Below, piece after piece: positions 60,406 through 64,000 of a stretch of DNA of 64,000 bases. The DNA comes from an uncultured delta proteobacterium (lineage in GTDB: Bacteria; Desulfobacterota; RBG-13-43-22), in the NCBI GenBank assembly GCA_963843145.1, contig CAWJJC010000012.1:128001-192000 (forward strand), read 5' to 3'. Each line of letters opens with the position of its first letter. Within the stretch, counting starts at the first letter, position 1. Below the pieces are notes generated by a model. The model ran no database searches. It saw nothing but the letters and a program-made list of their open reading frames with translations, and had not been told where the DNA came from. Position numbers and translations under genes: made by a program.

Positions 60406-61471
60406 ATACCGGGATAAAGACCTGGCACAGAAACTGATCGCCGCCATCCGGTCCGAATCCCGTAAACCGGCTCGGTTGATGGAGGTTTGCGGCACCCATA
60501 CGGTTTCCATCTTTCGGCACGGGATTCGGCAGTTGCTGCCGCCTACGATTCAGCTTATTTCCGGCCCCGGCTGTCCGGTCTGTGTGACCGCCACCGAGGA
60601 TATTGATCAGGCGATCAAGTTGGCGCGATTCCCGGAGGTGACGGTGACCTCCTTCGGCGATCTGCTCCGGGTCCCGGGTTCGAATTCCTCCCTGCAGCAG
60701 GAAAGGGCCGTCGGGGCCGATATCCGTATCGTTTATTCCACCTTTGACGCCTTGAAATTGGCTCGGGAAAATCCATCGAAGAAAGTTGTTTTCCTGGCCA
60801 TCGGGTTTGAAACCACGGCGCCCACCATTGCCGCCGCGGTGGCTGAGGCGGATCGCTTGGACCTAAAGAATTTTTATATTCTGGCCGCTCACAAGCTGCT
60901 CCCCCCGGCCTTGGGAGCATTGCTGGGCATGGGGGAGCTGAACCTCCAGGGATTCATTTATCCGGGGCATGTGACCACCATTATCGGCACGGAAGCTTAT
61001 GAAGGGGTGGCCCGTAAGTTTGGAATTCCCGGGGTGGTCTGCGGATTTGAGCCGGTGGATATCCTGGAGACGATCCTGATGCTGGTCCAACAGATCGAAA
61101 AGGATGAAGCCCGGGTGGAGATCCAATATAATAGGGGGGCCACGGCCCAGGGAAATCCTAAGGCCAGGGAACTGTTGAATCAGGTCTTCGAACCTTGTTC
61201 AGCCATCTGGCGGGGTCTGGGCCCTATCCCGGAAAGCGGCCTGACCCTAAAACCGGCCTATCGCCGGTTTGCCGCCGAAGACGTTTTTGACTTGCAGGTG
61301 CCTCCAGCCCAGGACCACCCCGGTTGCGGCTGTGGAGAAGTGCTCCGCGGGATTAAAACGCCTCTGGAATGCGCGCTCTTTCGAAAAGCCTGCACCCCTG
61401 AATCCCCCATCGGCCCCTGCATGGTCTCCACCGAGGGCACCTGCGCCGCCTATTTCAAATACCACCAGTAA
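60383..61471 (+). CDS. hypD: Hydrogenase maturation protein HypD
   Basis: MEVCGTHT, GPGCPVC, GFETT, PGHV, GPCMVS.EG.C. Confidence 0.96.
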   Translation: MPLKHLSEYRDKDLAQKLIAAIRSESRKPARLMEVCGTHTVSIFRHGIRQLLPPTIQLISGPGCPVCVTATEDIDQAIKLARFPEVTVTSFGDLLRVPGSNSSLQQERAVGADIRIVYSTFDALKLARENPSKKVVFLAIGFETTAPTIAAAVAEADRLDLKNFYILAAHKLLPPALGALLGMGELNLQGFIYPGHVTTIIGTEAYEGVARKFGIPGVVCGFEPVDILETILMLVQQIEKDEARVEIQYNRGATAQGNPKARELLNQVFEPCSAIWRGLGPIPESGLTLKPAYRRFAAEDVFDLQVPPAQDHPGCGCGEVLRGIKTPLECALFRKACTPESPIGPCMVSTEGTCAAYFKYHQ

Positions 61472-61499
61472 AATCCTCCAACGTCCTGGAAGAACGGGT

Positions 61500-62273
61500 T
61501 TATTTCGGCAGTTCGTTGACGAAGGCCTCAATGGCCTCGTTGACTTCCCGTGGCTTTTCCATCATGACCAGGTGCCCGGCGTCGGGGACCACCACCAGGC
61601 GGGAAGAGAGGATCTTTTGATTCAGGCCTTGGGAAAATGCGGGGGGGGTCATTTTGTCCTTTTCGCCGACGATGATCAGGGCGGGCAGGGTGATGGTTGA
61701 AATGTTTTCCGAGCGGTCGAAACGGTTGCAGGCTATGAAATCATTGGTGATGATTGGGATAGGAGTCTGTTTCAGAAGCTGAAGCGATTGTTGAATCAGC
61801 AGGGGATCGGTGTTTTTGGGGAAACACCACTGGTTGATTAAAGTCAGGGTCTGATCCGGTTCTGTAAACAGGTTCTCCAGGATCTGGGGTGAGACGTTAA
61901 GTTCTTCTCCGGTGGAAATCAGGATGAGTCCTTCTAAAGGCAGGGACGAAGAAAAGGCCAATTCCTGGCAGATGGCGCCGCCCATGGAGTGACCGCCCAG
62001 GAAATAGGAAGAGATAATAAAATTGGACAACGCTTGTTCCACCCAGTTCGCATAGGCGCTGATGTTATCCCGCCCCGGCCCGAAACTGCCGCCGTGACCC
62101 GGAAGATCCAAGGCCAGGACATTCATTGTCCGATCGAGCCGGCGAAGCTGATGGAGAAATGTTTGGGCGCTGCTCCCGGCGCCGTGGATGAGAAGCAGGG
62201 TAGGGCGTTCCGGTAAAATTCCCTTTTCTCCGGTTTTGTAACCAATATCGGAAGACAAACCAAATATATTCAT
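61500..62273 (-). CDS. Alpha/beta hydrolase
   Basis: IHGAG, DLPGHGGS, GHSMGG nucleophile elbow, G.KD..TP, AGH. Confidence 0.88.
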   Translation of the reverse strand: MNIFGLSSDIGYKTGEKGILPERPTLLLIHGAGSSAQTFLHQLRRLDRTMNVLALDLPGHGGSFGPGRDNISAYANWVEQALSNFIISSYFLGGHSMGGAICQELAFSSSLPLEGLILISTGEELNVSPQILENLFTEPDQTLTLINQWCFPKNTDPLLIQQSLQLLKQTPIPIITNDFIACNRFDRSENISTITLPALIIVGEKDKMTPPAFSQGLNQKILSSRLVVVPDAGHLVMMEKPREVNEAIEAFVNELPK

Positions 62274-62377
62274 AGGGCAATGGAAAAAAATCCGAAAGGC
62301 AAACCGGGAGCGTGACGGCAGGTCGCCGCCACGCTGTCCGTGTGGGTCAGTGGCAAAAAAAATTCTATTGAAATTTT

Positions 62378-63365
62378 TTAAGATAGGATTTTTTTGAATT
62401 CTTCTTTTAACACCGGGACGATCTCGAAAAGGTCCCCGACGATCCCGTAATCCGCCTTCTGAAATATAGGGGCGTCCGGGTCCTTGTTGACGGCCACGAT
62501 GATCTTGGAGGAGCCCATGCCGGCCAGGTGCTGGATGGCGCCGGAGATGCCGCAGGCGATGTACATATTGGGGCAGACCACCTTCCCGGTCTGGCCCACC
62601 TGGTCGGTGTGAGGACCGCCAGCCGGCATCGACTGCCGAACGGGAGGCCCCCACGCTGGCGCCGATGACGCCGGCCAACTCTTCCAGGACCTGAAAGTTT
62701 TCACCCGACTTCATGCCTCGGCCACCGGAGACGATAAAGGTGGCCTCCGTCAGGTCGACCTTGCCGCTGGCATCAGGTAATGATTCCACCAGGGCCGTTC
62801 GTAAATCATCCGGTTTCAGCTCGACCGGGACGGCGACGATCTCGGCTTGGCGGCCGGGGTCCGGCTCCGCCACGGCCAACACATTGGGCCGGGCCGCGGC
62901 CATCTGAGGCCGGGCGGTTTCACAGGCCACGTCGGCATATACCTTTCCGGCATACAGAGGCCGCTTGGCGATCAATAGACCGTTTTCCATCCGGAAGGAC
63001 ACGCAGTCCTGAGCCATTCCGGTCTCCAGACGGGCGGCCAGTTTGGCGGCCAGTTCTTTTCCCTGGGCGCTGGCCCCCAGGAGGACGATATCAGGCCCCT
63101 GTTTCTTAATCAAGTCGGCCAGGACGGCCGTATAGGTTTCCGGGGTATAATCGGCCAGGGCCGGATCATCGGCCACATAAAGGGTGTCGGGACCGTAGGG
63201 GATCAACTTCTTGGCCTCTTCCCCGATCTGGGCGCCGACGACGACGGCCGCCAAAGGCTGGCCCGACTGATCGGCCAACCGACGACCCTCGCTGGCTAAT
63301 TCATACGATATCTTACGCAGGGTTCCCCCGCGTTGTTCGGCTATAATCCAAATTCCGTTTGCCAT
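62378..63365 (-). pseudogene. etfA: Electron transfer flavoprotein alpha subunit with a +1 frameshift near 62615 (possibly a sequencing error)
   Basis: N-part ...[10 protein letters not shown] in one frame continues as [11 protein letters not shown]...[12 protein letters not shown]...NKDPDAPIF in ORF 62378..62704. Confidence 0.88.
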
Positions 63366-63380
63366 GGTTTCTTCTCCTTG

Positions 63381-64000
63381 CTAAATAATTTTGGCTTCTT
63401 CCCGCAACAGCTTGACCAGACCGGCGCCTTTTTCCTGAGGCGTTTCCCCGGAAACGATCTGGCCGGCTTTCCGTTCCGGCGGCGGGGTTAACCCCAGGAT
63501 CTTGATTTTGGAACCGGCTTCCCCGGCCTGGCTGGGATCCAACGCTAAATCAGCTAATTTTTTAGCGGCCAGGGGTTTCTTTTTGGCTTTCATGATCCCG
63601 GGAAGGGAGGCATAGCGGGGTTCGTTTAAGCCTTTCTGGGTGGTAATCAGGGCCGGCAGGGTGGATTCCAAGACCCAGTTGGCGCCCTCAACGGAACGCA
63701 GGATGCGGACCTTGGTCTTGTCTTCGGAAAGGTCCACTTTGGTGGCTACCGATAACAAAGGGATATTCAATAATTCGGACAAGGCCGCCCCGACTTGGCC
63801 ATTGTCATGGTCCACGGCCCTTTGTCCGCAGAAGACCAGGTCAAAAGGGACCGTTTTAATAGCGGCGGCCAAGGCCCGGGCGGTGGCCAGGGAATCCCCG
63901 CCGTCGGCGGCCGGGTCGTCGATATGAATGGCTTCATCGGCCCCCATGGCCAGGGCGGTGCGCAGGGATTCTACCACCCGCTGAGGTCCTAATCCGACGA
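63381..64000 (-). CDS. etfB: Electron transfer flavoprotein beta subunit (5' end outside window)
   Basis: ALAMGADEAI, CGQRAVD...GQVG, LNEPRYASLPGIMKAKKKP. Confidence 0.93.
   Translation of the reverse strand, partial: VGLGPQRVVESLRTALAMGADEAIHIDDPAADGGDSLATARALAAAIKTVPFDLVFCGQRAVDHDNGQVGAALSELLNIPLLSVATKVDLSEDKTKVRILRSVEGANWVLESTLPALITTQKGLNEPRYASLPGIMKAKKKPLAAKKLADLALDPSQAGEAGSKIKILGLTPPPERKAGQIVSGETPQEKGAGLVKLLREEAKII

Noticed and set aside
61500-63365. Genuine 621-aa EtfA-hydrolase fusion protein
   Set aside because: The linker is out-of-frame EtfA plus intergenic sequence; the true EtfA C-terminus is intact in another frame.
358-63992. Numerous antisense and overlapping ORFs in the track (e.g. 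6436..7224, 20589..21281, 58140..59099)
   Set aside because: Shadow ORFs of well-supported genes in GC-rich DNA, without motifs or RBS.

Overview
This is a GC-rich window from an anaerobic Desulfobacterota-like (former Deltaproteobacteria) chromosome; the lineage is inferred from gene content. 1-22 kb is mostly housekeeping: PmtA-like methyltransferase, M18 peptidase, radA, tRNA-Gly(CCC), rimP-nusA-ylxR-infB-rbfA-truB-rpsO-pnp, M16 peptidase, dut, an orphan ASKHA activase behind a perfect 32-bp inverted repeat, an NtrC-type regulator, mobA, gatB and mtnA. 22-37 kb is accessory: a MazEF-type TA pair, an IS91-like remnant, a frameshifted Chloroflexi-type surface protein, an MFS transporter, a structured MITE-like element and a DUF4143 ATPase. 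37.8-54.4 kb (minus strand) is a complete tungsten-dependent class II benzoyl-CoA reductase cluster, bamBCDEFGHI. Two of its genes (bamE, bamF) are read through in-frame UGA codons as selenocysteine, which the ORF track splits. A DUF2080+GNAT pair with a palindrome over its promoter precedes the cluster. It is followed by the ATP-dependent class I reductase activator subunits (bzdP/bzdQ-like) and a ferredoxin without bzdN/bzdO, then a small protein and a MoxR/VWA pair. 54.6-64 kb holds acyl-CoA genes (CoA-transferase beta, PaaI, a Cys-less thiolase with an OB-fold partner), an ATP-grasp enzyme, hypCD, a hydrolase and etfAB (etfA frameshifted). All calls come from reading the sequence; no searches were run.
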